From the NCBI GenBank assembly GCA_964014485.1, contig CAXHAT010000057.1, forward strand, positions 1 to 40,521: a stretch of DNA of 40,521 nt. Direction: 5' to 3'. Of the stretch, positions 26,617-34,318 are shown piece by piece. Numbering within the stretch: the stretch's first letter is position 1; each line of letters begins with the position of its first letter. Both the position numbers and the translations under genes were made by a program. The notes below the pieces were generated by a model, which worked only from the letters and a program-made list of their open reading frames with translations, was not told the DNA's origin and made no database searches. Source of the DNA: an uncultured Deferribacteres bacterium. Lineage in GTDB: Bacteria; Zhuqueibacterota; Zhuqueibacteria; Zhuqueibacterales; Geothermadaptataceae.

Positions 26617-27297
26617 ATGGCCAGATTCGATCGCCTTTCAGTATTAAACCGGATTATTGCAAACGGCCTTGTTCCTGTTTTTTATCACCCGGACGTTGAA
26701 ACGGCAAAAAATATCGTGGTGGCTTGCGCTGAAGGCGGAGCAAGCGTTATTGAATTCACAAATCGCGGCGATAAAGCCTTGAGTGTTTTTAACGCACTTT
26801 CTTCGTTCGTTGAGCGCGATTATCCGGAAATCATGCTTGGAACAGGGTCAATTCTTGACGCGCCGACAGCGGCCCTTTTCATCGCACACGGGACTCAGTT
26901 CATTGTAAGCCCAGCCTTAAACGCCGAAGTCGCCAGACTATGCAATCGTAGAAAAATCGCCTATTCGCCGGGCTGCGGCAGTGCGAGCGAGATTTCGGCG
27001 GCGGAAGAGCTGGGCGTGGAAATTGTCAAGATTTTTCCCGGTTCTCAAGTCGGCGGCCCGGGTTTCGTCAAAGCCGTTCTTGCCCCAATGCCCGGCACGC
27101 GCATTATGCCGACCGGCGGCGTCGATGCTACACAGGAAAGCATTTATTCGTGGTTTCAGGCTGGCGCTTGTTGCGTCGGCATGGGCAGCAAATTGATTCG
27201 CAAGGATCTCGTCGCGGAAGGAAATTGGAAGGCCGTTTCAGAAAATGTGAATAAGGTTCTGGGTTGGATTCGCGAAGTTCGAGAGCAAAAAAGCTGA
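26617..27297 (+). CDS. eda: KDPG/KHG aldolase
   Basis: LVPVFY, EFTNRGD, G.GSI.D..TA, FIVSP, PGC...SEI..A.ELG.EIVKIFP, MPTGGV and VGMGS.L. Confidence 0.92.
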   Translation: MARFDRLSVLNRIIANGLVPVFYHPDVETAKNIVVACAEGGASVIEFTNRGDKALSVFNALSSFVERDYPEIMLGTGSILDAPTAALFIAHGTQFIVSPALNAEVARLCNRRKIAYSPGCGSASEISAAEELGVEIVKIFPGSQVGGPGFVKAVLAPMPGTRIMPTGGVDATQESIYSWFQAGACCVGMGSKLIRKDLVAEGNWKAVSENVNKVLGWIREVREQKS

Positions 27298-27331
27298 CGG
27301 GGTTGTCAGAAGAACCCCCGGTTTTTCATTT
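27298..27331 (+). terminator. Intrinsic terminator after eda
   Basis: CGGGGTT ... AACCCCCGG followed by TTTTTCATTTT. Confidence 0.5.
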
Positions 27332-27459
27332 TGGAAAACCAGTGACCGACACGCTCAAATCTTTGCCCTCGCCCGCCACAGATTGCGCTCAAAGCTCGAG
27401 GTTTAGATCAAGTCTTCCAGCGCGAAAGTTTTTGTCTGTTACCTTCAAACATTGTCCCC

Positions 27460-27505
27460 AAAAATCAAAGGGACGCTAAACTGAATTAGCGTCCCTTTGA
27501 TTTTT
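27460..27505. terminator. Perfect 20-bp hairpin, bidirectional terminator between convergent eda and usp
   Basis: AAAAATCAAAGGGACGCTAA-ACTGAA-TTAGCGTCCCTTTGATTTTT. Confidence 0.75.
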
Positions 27506-27541
27506 CAACAGCGAATCATTTTCTTCTTACCTAAGGGGAGC

Positions 27542-28474
27542 TTACGCATCTTTTTTTGAGACTTTGTTGACGCCTTTTGCAAGCAAAATGAAAACCGGGG
27601 CTTTTGCTTGTTTCGCCACCTTCTCACTATTCGATCCGATCAGGAAATGGTCAAGTCCGCCTAAGCCGTGTGTTGCAAGCACGATCAAATCGGCGTTTTG
27701 CTCTTCGGCAAACTTCACAATTTCAATATGCGCCCTGCCTTCACGAATGTGGCAGGCGTAATCAATCGGCTCGATCAAGGTTTCGTCCACGAAATCTTTC
27801 AACGCTTGCGCGGACTTTTCTCGCAAGTCTGACTGAACATCAAAGATCGTCGTACTTCCCGTAACATAGAATGAAGGATGAATTTGTTCTTCAACAACGT
27901 GCAAGACTTGCAACGATGCGTTGAATCTGCGAGCAAAATCCGCCGCATGCGCCAGCGCCAATTTTGAATAATTTGAGAAATCAACGCCAACGATGATTTT
28001 ATTCAACGCAGGTGTAAAGCTAGCTTCGTCTTTCCGCAATTTAACCGTAATCACCGGGCAAGGCGCATGACGAATGACGCGCTCGGCAACGCTGCCCATC
28101 AGGAAACGCTTGAATCCGGTTCGACCATGCGTTCCCATGACGATGAGATCAAATTCGCCGTCTTCTGCAAAATCAATAATCGCTTCTGCCGGAGAAATGG
28201 AGCGAACGGTTTTTGTCTTGACCTGGAGAGTTTCCAATTTGTCCACCATGCCATTCAGATTGTCCCCGACAGATTCCATCGTTTTCTCGACAATTTTTTC
28301 CGTATCCGGAAACTGATACACCGGATTGTTCGGGTCGTCGTGGAAAAGCGTTACGGCATGCAGCAGCGTAATTTCACTCTCATATTCATTAGCTAACAAA
28401 GCTGCAAAATCTAGCGCTTGATCGGCGTTGCTCGAGAAATCCACCGGAACCAAAATTTTCTTCATCTTTTTCAT
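27542..28474 (-). CDS. Universal stress protein, tandem UspA domains
   Basis: KKILVPVDFS...DLIVMGTHGR...MGSVAERV...APCPV and a second KIIVGVDFS...DLIVLATHG...IGSNSEKV. GGAGA RBS favours ATG 28474. Confidence 0.95.
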   Translation of the reverse strand: MKKMKKILVPVDFSSNADQALDFAALLANEYESEITLLHAVTLFHDDPNNPVYQFPDTEKIVEKTMESVGDNLNGMVDKLETLQVKTKTVRSISPAEAIIDFAEDGEFDLIVMGTHGRTGFKRFLMGSVAERVIRHAPCPVITVKLRKDEASFTPALNKIIVGVDFSNYSKLALAHAADFARRFNASLQVLHVVEEQIHPSFYVTGSTTIFDVQSDLREKSAQALKDFVDETLIEPIDYACHIREGRAHIEIVKFAEEQNADLIVLATHGLGGLDHFLIGSNSEKVAKQAKAPVFILLAKGVNKVSKKDA

Positions 28475-28505
28475 CGCTCGTCTCCATATCATTTAAAGAG
28501 GATTT

Positions 28506-29183
28506 TCAGGTTTCTTCCTTGATTTCCCGCAGCTGAAAGTTTACTGGAATTGACATCCACACTGCGACTGGCCGATCGCGCTGCAAGGCCGGCTCCCACT
28601 TCATTTTCATGATTGCGCTAATTGCGGCATCTTCAAATCCTACATTGGAGCCCGAATGTTTTAAAACCTGAGTTTTCAGAGGAGAGCCTTCTTTGTTGAT
28701 ATAAACGCCAATGATAACACGCGTTTCGACCCCGGCTTTACGGGCGATTTCAGGGTAGACAATTTTTTTCATCAGAGCTGACATGCCGCCGATCATTATC
28801 GGAGCCTTGTCAAATGGAATGAATCGGTAGACGTCGTCATCTCCCGAAGCTTCAGGCTCTTCAGGCGGCGGAGGCGGGGGAATCTCATCAAAGTCGATAT
28901 CCGTGGATTCGATTGTCTCTTCTTCAGGGACTTCTTCGTCAGCGGTCGGAATCGGAATTGACGGACGCATCGGCCGCGGCGGGCGGACCTTCTGCTCCGT
29001 GAGCGGGATTTCTTCGACTTCAACCGAGAATTCCGTAATCACCACATCCGGGGCCCTGCCCAATTCTCCCGGGAAAAGCTTAAGCCCGACGATTATTATC
29101 AGCAGTGCCGCAATAAGCGAGAGCTCCAAAGCCTTTGTGTGTTGCCTTTTGAGATCGAAACGGGGGTTTTTAAAAGGTTTCAT
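28506..29183 (-). CDS. tonB: Energy transducer TonB
   Basis: N-terminal TM, Pro-rich linker (PPPPPPEE) and TonB-C domain 'IVYPEIARKAGVE..V....INKEG...W.PA.QR..PV.VW..IPV.F.L'. Confidence 0.88.
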   Translation of the reverse strand: MKPFKNPRFDLKRQHTKALELSLIAALLIIIVGLKLFPGELGRAPDVVITEFSVEVEEIPLTEQKVRPPRPMRPSIPIPTADEEVPEEETIESTDIDFDEIPPPPPPEEPEASGDDDVYRFIPFDKAPIMIGGMSALMKKIVYPEIARKAGVETRVIIGVYINKEGSPLKTQVLKHSGSNVGFEDAAISAIMKMKWEPALQRDRPVAVWMSIPVNFQLREIKEET

Positions 29184-29269
29184 AACAGCGTCTCCTTCCC
29201 AAAGTCATACGTCTGAAATGACTTAGTTTTTAAAAAACGACTCGTGAATATCACTCACACTTTAGCTAA

Positions 29270-29285
29270 AGCAATCCATATGCCA
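29270..29285 (-). promoter_or_regulatory. Sigma54 (-24/-12) promoter of tonB-usp
   Basis: Minus strand TGGCATATGGATTGCT gives GG-N10-GC, 87 nt upstream of the tonB ATG. Confidence 0.65.
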
Positions 29286-29451
29286 TTAAGAGAAGATCAC
29301 CCTAAGCTCAAACTAAACAATATTTTAAGGGATTTTCATTTATAGGAGATCCGAGGGGAGAGTTTGCAAATGCAAGAATTGAGGGGCGTGCTTTACAAAA
29401 AATAGGAAGGCTTAAGAATTGGCCAATGTACAGACGATAGAGCGGATTCAG

Positions 29452-30369
29452 TCACGCATCTTTCCTGGGGGAGTCGAAAAAATTCTTAATAATGTAGCCC
29501 GCGATCTGGGGATTTTCTTTTAGTCTGCGAGAAGAGTAGCCATACCAATGTTCCCCGAACGGGACATAGACGCGCAGTTTCCTTTTTTCAGAGACGATAA
29601 TTCTTCTCAGCTCCTCATCCACGCCCAACAGCATTTGAAATTCGTAGTTTTCTTTGGGGATTTGGAGACGGTCAATTATCTCAAATGCGCGCCAAACCAG
29701 CTTTTCATCATGCGTGGCGATGCCGACGTAGACGCCTTTTTTCAGCATTTCTTCAAGCAGATTCGCATAATTCATGTTGATCAGTTCCGGCTCTTTGTAA
29801 GCGATTTCACGGCGCTCCACATAGATGCCTTTACACAGCCTGAAGTTAACTTGGTCGAAGCCGTTGATAATATTCGCGACATCACTGCGCGTTCGACGTA
29901 AATAGGCTTGTAACACAACGCCGACGTTATCGTGTGATTTTCGCAATCGTCGGTAGAGTTCGATTGTTTTGGTGGTGTATTGCGAATCTTCCATGTCGAT
30001 CCGCACAAAATTCCCCAGGTCGCCCGCTTTTTCAACGATTTTCTTGATATTCTCGAAACAGAACTCTTCATCCAGTCCCAGGCCAAGCGCCGTCAACTTA
30101 ACGGAAACGTTGCTGTCGACGCCCTCGGCGTGAATCATTTCCAGCGCTTCCAGGTAGCCTTCAACGGCTGCGAGAGCTTCTTCTTTTAGCGTAATGTACT
30201 CCCCCAAAATATCGACGGTCGCGCAACAGCCTTCATTTTCAAGGCCGCGAATCACGCGAACCGCGTCCGCTATAGTCTCCCCCGCGATGTATCGACTGGA
30301 AATTTTTCGGATAATCGGCTTCGGAACGATCGGCATGAGTCCGACCGTCAATCGGTTCAGTAAGTTCAC
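29452..30369 (-). CDS. Monofunctional proline dehydrogenase
   Basis: RYIAGET, D.LGE, SVKLTALG, FVRIDMED, VLQAYLRR, RLCKG.Y.E, IATHD, EFQMLLG and RVYVPFG..WYGY..RRL.ENP. Confidence 0.95.
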   Translation of the reverse strand: MNLLNRLTVGLMPIVPKPIIRKISSRYIAGETIADAVRVIRGLENEGCCATVDILGEYITLKEEALAAVEGYLEALEMIHAEGVDSNVSVKLTALGLGLDEEFCFENIKKIVEKAGDLGNFVRIDMEDSQYTTKTIELYRRLRKSHDNVGVVLQAYLRRTRSDVANIINGFDQVNFRLCKGIYVERREIAYKEPELINMNYANLLEEMLKKGVYVGIATHDEKLVWRAFEIIDRLQIPKENYEFQMLLGVDEELRRIIVSEKRKLRVYVPFGEHWYGYSSRRLKENPQIAGYIIKNFFDSPRKDA

Positions 30370-30376
30370 GAGCTCC

Positions 30377-31366
30377 TCAAGAATTCAAGACGTCTGTATT
30401 CACAAGATTTGGCGGGCGGCGTCCGCTCAAAACTTCGATAGCGTTTTCAGCCGCCATCATGGCCATTTTGTCGCGCGTTTCCAGCGTTGCGGAGGCAATG
30501 TGCGGCGCGAGAACAACGTTTTCCAACTCTAACAGTTCCGGATGTACTTCAGGTTCAAATTCATAGACATCCAATCCCGCGCCCGCGATCACTTTTTCAC
30601 GCAATGCTTGCGCAAGCTCGGCTTCGTTGACAACCGGCCCGCGCGAAGTGTTCACCAAGTAAGCCGTGGGTTTCATTTTCCGGAGAGATTCGGCGTTGAT
30701 CAAATGATGCGTCGAGGGAAGCAACGGCACGTGAATCGAGACGAAATCGGATTCACGCAACAAAGTATCGACATCGACTTTTTGGGCGCCAAATTTTTCT
30801 TCAAGCTCTTCATTTCTAAACTCATCGGCATACAGGATTTTCATGTTCCAGCCGACGGAACGGCTCGCGAAAACCGATCCAATTCTCCCGGCGCCAATAA
30901 CGCCCAAAGTCCTGCCGACAAAATCCCCGCCGAGCATGAGTTTTGGTCCCCAGGCATCGAACTTGAGAGCGCGCGTAAACCGCTCGGATTCAGAAATGCG
31001 CCGCGCCGTCGCCATGAGCAATGCCCAGGCAAAATCCGCGGTTGCGTCGGTGAGTACGCCCGGGGTGTTGGTCACTAAAATACCGCGTTCCGTTGCTGCG
31101 TTTAAATCGATATTGTCGTACCCGACCGCAAAATTGGCGACGACTTTTAATTGCGGCCCGGCTGCGTCCATAACCTCCCCGTCGATTTTGTCAGTTAACA
31201 GCGTGACAAGGCCGTCTCTGCCTGCAACCCGGCTTTTGAGTTCATCTTTCGAAAGCACTCGATCACTGTCGTTCATTTCGAATGCGGGAAACGCTTGTTT
31301 AAGCATTTCAACCCCCGCGTCTGGAATCAAGCGAGTGAGATAAACTTTTTTGTTTTCCTCCGGCAT
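30377..31366 (-). CDS. D-2-hydroxyacid dehydrogenase (glyoxylate reductase / D-glycerate dehydrogenase family)
   Basis: AVGYDNID, TNTPGVLTDATAD, G.IGAGRIG, NTSRGPVV, GLDVYE.EP and APHIASA. Confidence 0.94.
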   Translation of the reverse strand: MPEENKKVYLTRLIPDAGVEMLKQAFPAFEMNDSDRVLSKDELKSRVAGRDGLVTLLTDKIDGEVMDAAGPQLKVVANFAVGYDNIDLNAATERGILVTNTPGVLTDATADFAWALLMATARRISESERFTRALKFDAWGPKLMLGGDFVGRTLGVIGAGRIGSVFASRSVGWNMKILYADEFRNEELEEKFGAQKVDVDTLLRESDFVSIHVPLLPSTHHLINAESLRKMKPTAYLVNTSRGPVVNEAELAQALREKVIAGAGLDVYEFEPEVHPELLELENVVLAPHIASATLETRDKMAMMAAENAIEVLSGRRPPNLVNTDVLNS

Positions 31367-31546
31367 TTCTCCTCCTTACAAATCAGCCGTGCATTTTGTA
31401 TTCTTTAGCCTGAATAAATACGGCTTTATTGAGAATTGCGCAAATCGATATAGACCAATTTATTCTCTTCAGCTGTCAGGCCGGGTGACTGGGTCAAAGC
31501 AAAACTGCAATTGATAAGGAAGCGCGTTTTGGTTTCAGGTGGGGAT

Positions 31547-31592
31547 AAAAATCCGACGGCGGCGCAAGAAATTCTCGCAACCGCCGCCGGTT
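31547..31592 (-). terminator. Probable terminator of the lexA transcription unit
   Basis: Minus strand CCGGCGGCGG..GCGAGAA-T-TTCTTGC.CCGCCGTCGG followed by ATTTTT. Confidence 0.5.
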
Positions 31593-31677
31593 TGCCTGAT
31601 TTTGGGAAGAAGCTCTCACACAAGGTACGCGAGTCTCTCATGCGAGGCGTCTTGGGGGGTAGGGGTAGAACCTTTTC

Positions 31678-31721
31678 AGTGATTAGTGATTAGTGATTAG
31701 TGATTAGTGATTAGTGATTAG
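31678..31721. repeat. Perfect heptamer tandem repeat (AGTGATT)x6
   Basis: Six exact units plus AG; another unit at 31745 and an inverted ATCACTA at 31763. Confidence 0.9.
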
Positions 31722-31778
31722 AATATCGAAAGCGCTCATTAGACAGTGATTACGAGATTTTCATCACTAAACACCGCC

Positions 31779-32033
31779 TTAGCCGTCCAGCCCGACGCGA
31801 GCGAGCTGCCAGTTGAGATTGTAGGAGTTAAAGATCAATTCATAACTGTCCGGGCTGCCTGTCGAGACTGCAAAATGGTGTGCGCGCCCTCGTCCTAGCG
31901 GCACCATCCAATGGCTTTGCACTTTTGCGACTTTGTAAACGCTGCCCTGCCACTTGAACCGCAATGGCTGCAGTATGCCGTTCTGAAATAACGTGATGAC
32001 GTCGACCGGCTCAAAGATTTCTTCATAAATCAT
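31779..32033 (-). CDS. Small protein downstream of lexA, resembling DUF6504 / stand-alone ImuB-C domain
   Basis: GGGAGG RBS; pattern EPV.V......P..F.W.G..Y.V..V...W...HF.V......YEL.F....W.L. Confidence 0.7.
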   Translation of the reverse strand: MIYEEIFEPVDVITLFQNGILQPLRFKWQGSVYKVAKVQSHWMVPLGRGRAHHFAVSTGSPDSYELIFNSYNLNWQLARVGLDG

Positions 32034-32155
32034 GAGACTGTCCGCCTCCCGCGGCTTTCTATTTTTCCTGGTTCTTGTCGGTACGTCCTGTGGCTGACGA
32101 AAAGAAAGCTTCTGAGCGCGTTATTCTCGGCTGGCGGCGTCCTGATTCGGAAAAG

Positions 32156-32776
32156 CTAAATATGCTCTCGAATCAACGCGACGACTTTGCCTTGAATCGA
32201 CCAGCCCTCAGTAATTGGAATGTTGCCGTACAGCGTATTTTCCGGCTTTAAATATTTTAGACGCTCATTTTTGACCACGAATCGTTTCACCGTCGCTTCT
32301 TCTTCGCTCAGCGCCACAACAATGTCGCCGTTGTCGGCATGGTTCGTCGACCGGACGATGACCAAATCTCCTTCAAGAATTCCGGCGTCGATCATACTGT
32401 CTCCCTGAACGCGGAGAGCATAGTGTTTTGCAGCGGAATCCGTCAGATATTCCGGCACCGGAACATAGCGTTCTATATTCTGCTCCGCCGTAATCGGCGT
32501 TCCCGCAGCGACCAAGCCAACCAAAGGCACGCCTCGACTTTTCATATCGCCGTCTTCCTCCACGCCTTGTAAAATCGTAATGCCGCGAGCGCCGTTTGCA
32601 GCGCGCCGGATAAAGCCCTTTTTCTCCAAAGCTTCCAGGTGCTTGTAAACTGCATTCTTCGATTTAAAGCCGAATTCGTTTGCCAATTCCTGCATTGTAG
32701 GGGGATACCCAATGTCTCGTTTGATTTGGATGATTCGGTCCAAGATTTCTTTTTGTTTCTGAGTTATTTTTCGCAT
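32156..32776 (-). CDS. lexA: SOS repressor LexA
   Basis: T.KQ.EIL...GYPPT..EL...FG.KS..AV..HL.ALEKKG HTH, Ala-Gly cleavage site VAAG, catalytic GDSM and TVKR. Confidence 0.97.
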   Translation of the reverse strand: MRKITQKQKEILDRIIQIKRDIGYPPTMQELANEFGFKSKNAVYKHLEALEKKGFIRRAANGARGITILQGVEEDGDMKSRGVPLVGLVAAGTPITAEQNIERYVPVPEYLTDSAAKHYALRVQGDSMIDAGILEGDLVIVRSTNHADNGDIVVALSEEEATVKRFVVKNERLKYLKPENTLYGNIPITEGWSIQGKVVALIREHI

Positions 32777-32848
32777 AACTCCATCCTTCAGTCAGTACAA
32801 CTACCCTTTGGCTCTTAAAATCAGGCCGCTTGAAACTCAAGTGGTCTC

Positions 32849-32889
32849 ATGTTCACCGTCATAATACAAACAGGTGAACATAATGTCAA
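32849..32889 (-). promoter_or_regulatory. lexA promoter with an overlapping inverted repeat (candidate SOS box)
   Basis: Minus strand TTGACA-N17-TATTAT (32889-32861), overlapped by ATGTTCACC-N15-GGTGAACAT (32849-32881). Confidence 0.7.
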
Positions 32890-32923
32890 GATAAAATTTT
32901 CATTTTCTTCCGTCCCAACTTGT

Positions 32924-32967
32924 TTATTTCGAAAAGGTTTGACATTATTTCGAAAATTCATTACCCT
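32924..32967 (+). promoter_or_regulatory. Divergent promoter with tandem 12-bp repeats
   Basis: TTGACA(32939)-N17-TACCCT; TTATTTCGAAAA at 32924 and 32945. Confidence 0.45.
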
Positions 32968-33038
32968 TGCCGCACTTTTGCATCTAGAACATAATCAAAC
33001 ATTTGGCGCTTGTTAAACGGCATGAAAAAGGCGTAAAA

Positions 33039-33545
33039 ATGCGAAGCATCAAAACTCTTTTCATCATCCTTCTTGCAACAGCCGTCATCCCGTCGGTCGC
33101 CGGGGCGCAACTCAAGAACGAGACCGTCGGCAAACAACATTTTTCCAACAATCTTACACAAACGAATCCGCGCAGCTTTCTCAGCACGCTAGGACTCGAC
33201 CCGTCAAAATTCCAAATGCAGCATAGTTACTCTCTTTCGTTCATGAATTTTGGCGGAACGAGCTTAAGCCAGGGCATGTACCTGAACACGATGAGCTACC
33301 AGTTAAGCGCGCCATTGTCCGTGAGTTTGCAACTGGGCATGACGCACAATCCCTTGCAAGGAACCGGCGTAAACAGTCCGTTTACGAACGGCTTTTTCGT
33401 TTCTGGCGCGAATCTCGAATATAAGCCATCGAAAAATTTCCAGATGAGCGTGGGATATAACGCCTACCCGTCGTCGTACCACAATGGTTACTACTCGAGA
33501 GGTTACAATCGCTGGCGCCAGTCTTCATTTTTCGAAAAAAACTGA
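33039..33545 (+). CDS. Hypothetical secreted protein (beta-strand-rich)
   Basis: Signal peptide MRSIKTLFIILLATAVIPSVAGA-Q from ATG 33039, followed by alternating-pattern beta strands. Confidence 0.75.
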   Translation: MRSIKTLFIILLATAVIPSVAGAQLKNETVGKQHFSNNLTQTNPRSFLSTLGLDPSKFQMQHSYSLSFMNFGGTSLSQGMYLNTMSYQLSAPLSVSLQLGMTHNPLQGTGVNSPFTNGFFVSGANLEYKPSKNFQMSVGYNAYPSSYHNGYYSRGYNRWRQSSFFEKN

Positions 33546-33559
33546 CTTATGCTTTAAAC

Positions 33560-33590
33560 GCCGGTTGTTTTAACCGGTATTTTTTTGTTT
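33560..33590 (+). terminator. Intrinsic terminator
   Basis: GCCGGTT-GTTTT-AACCGGT followed by ATTTTTTTGTTT. Confidence 0.55.
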
Positions 33591-33626
33591 AATCTGCAGC
33601 CGTTTTTTTAGCGCCCGGAGGAAAAC

Positions 33627-34211
33627 GTGAAAAAACAATCGAGCATGGCGCGCAAACGCCCCGCAACCACAAAAGGAAGAGCCGCCGCCAAACCCAAGCC
33701 TGCCAGAAAAAAAAGAGCGGCCAAAAAAGGCAATAATACCAATTTAAAAAGCACGCTCTATGGTCTGGGCTTGTGGGCTCTGGGCTTAATCAACGCCGCA
33801 TTCATTTTCTCATTCGTGATGAAAATGATGCCCGCGGACGGCGAAGCTCCGATCAGTTCAGTCGAGCAAGTCGCGCAAAGCAATGCAACGGCTCAAATCA
33901 ACATCGAAGTACTCAATGGTTGCGGCGTTTCCGGACTGGGGAAAAAATTTGCCGATTATCTGAAGGATGCAGGATTCCAGGTTGAAGCTGATAATGTCGG
34001 AAATTACAGCTCGTTTGAAATCGAACAAACAATCATCGTTGATAGAAAATCGGTCGATACGCTGCTCGGTCTGCAAGTCGCCCAAAAGCTGGGCCTGCCT
34101 TCCTCTGCCGTGATTTATCAAAAATTGGAAAACGCTTCCGAAAGCGCCGGCGCAATTGACGTTCGCATCATCATTGGAAAAGACTATCAAAAAGTCGAAC
34201 TGCCGGAATAG
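33627..34211 (+). CDS. Membrane-anchored LytR C-terminal domain protein
   Basis: Basic N-terminal tail, one TM and 'IEVLNGCGVSGLG...L...GF.V...GN...DVRIIIGKDY'. Confidence 0.85.
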   Translation: MKKQSSMARKRPATTKGRAAAKPKPARKKRAAKKGNNTNLKSTLYGLGLWALGLINAAFIFSFVMKMMPADGEAPISSVEQVAQSNATAQINIEVLNGCGVSGLGKKFADYLKDAGFQVEADNVGNYSSFEIEQTIIVDRKSVDTLLGLQVAQKLGLPSSAVIYQKLENASESAGAIDVRIIIGKDYQKVELPE

Positions 34212-34318
34212 CTTTTCCCTCTTACTGCTGAAAGAAAAATTTCTACGCCCGCCGAAGAATCTTTCTTATATTCTTCCCGCAAAACATACGTTCATAACTT
34301 CCAACGCCAACGGCCATC

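Noticed and set aside
31426..31693. Small ORFs or an ncRNA between the dehydrogenase and the lexA unit
   Set aside because: The ORFs lack coding character, the hairpin is explained as a terminator, and no tRNA, SRP, 6S or tmRNA consensus was recognised.
31678..31721. CRISPR array
   Set aside because: Contiguous 7-mer units with no spacers and no cas genes in the window. The REP doublets also lack repeat-spacer periodicity.
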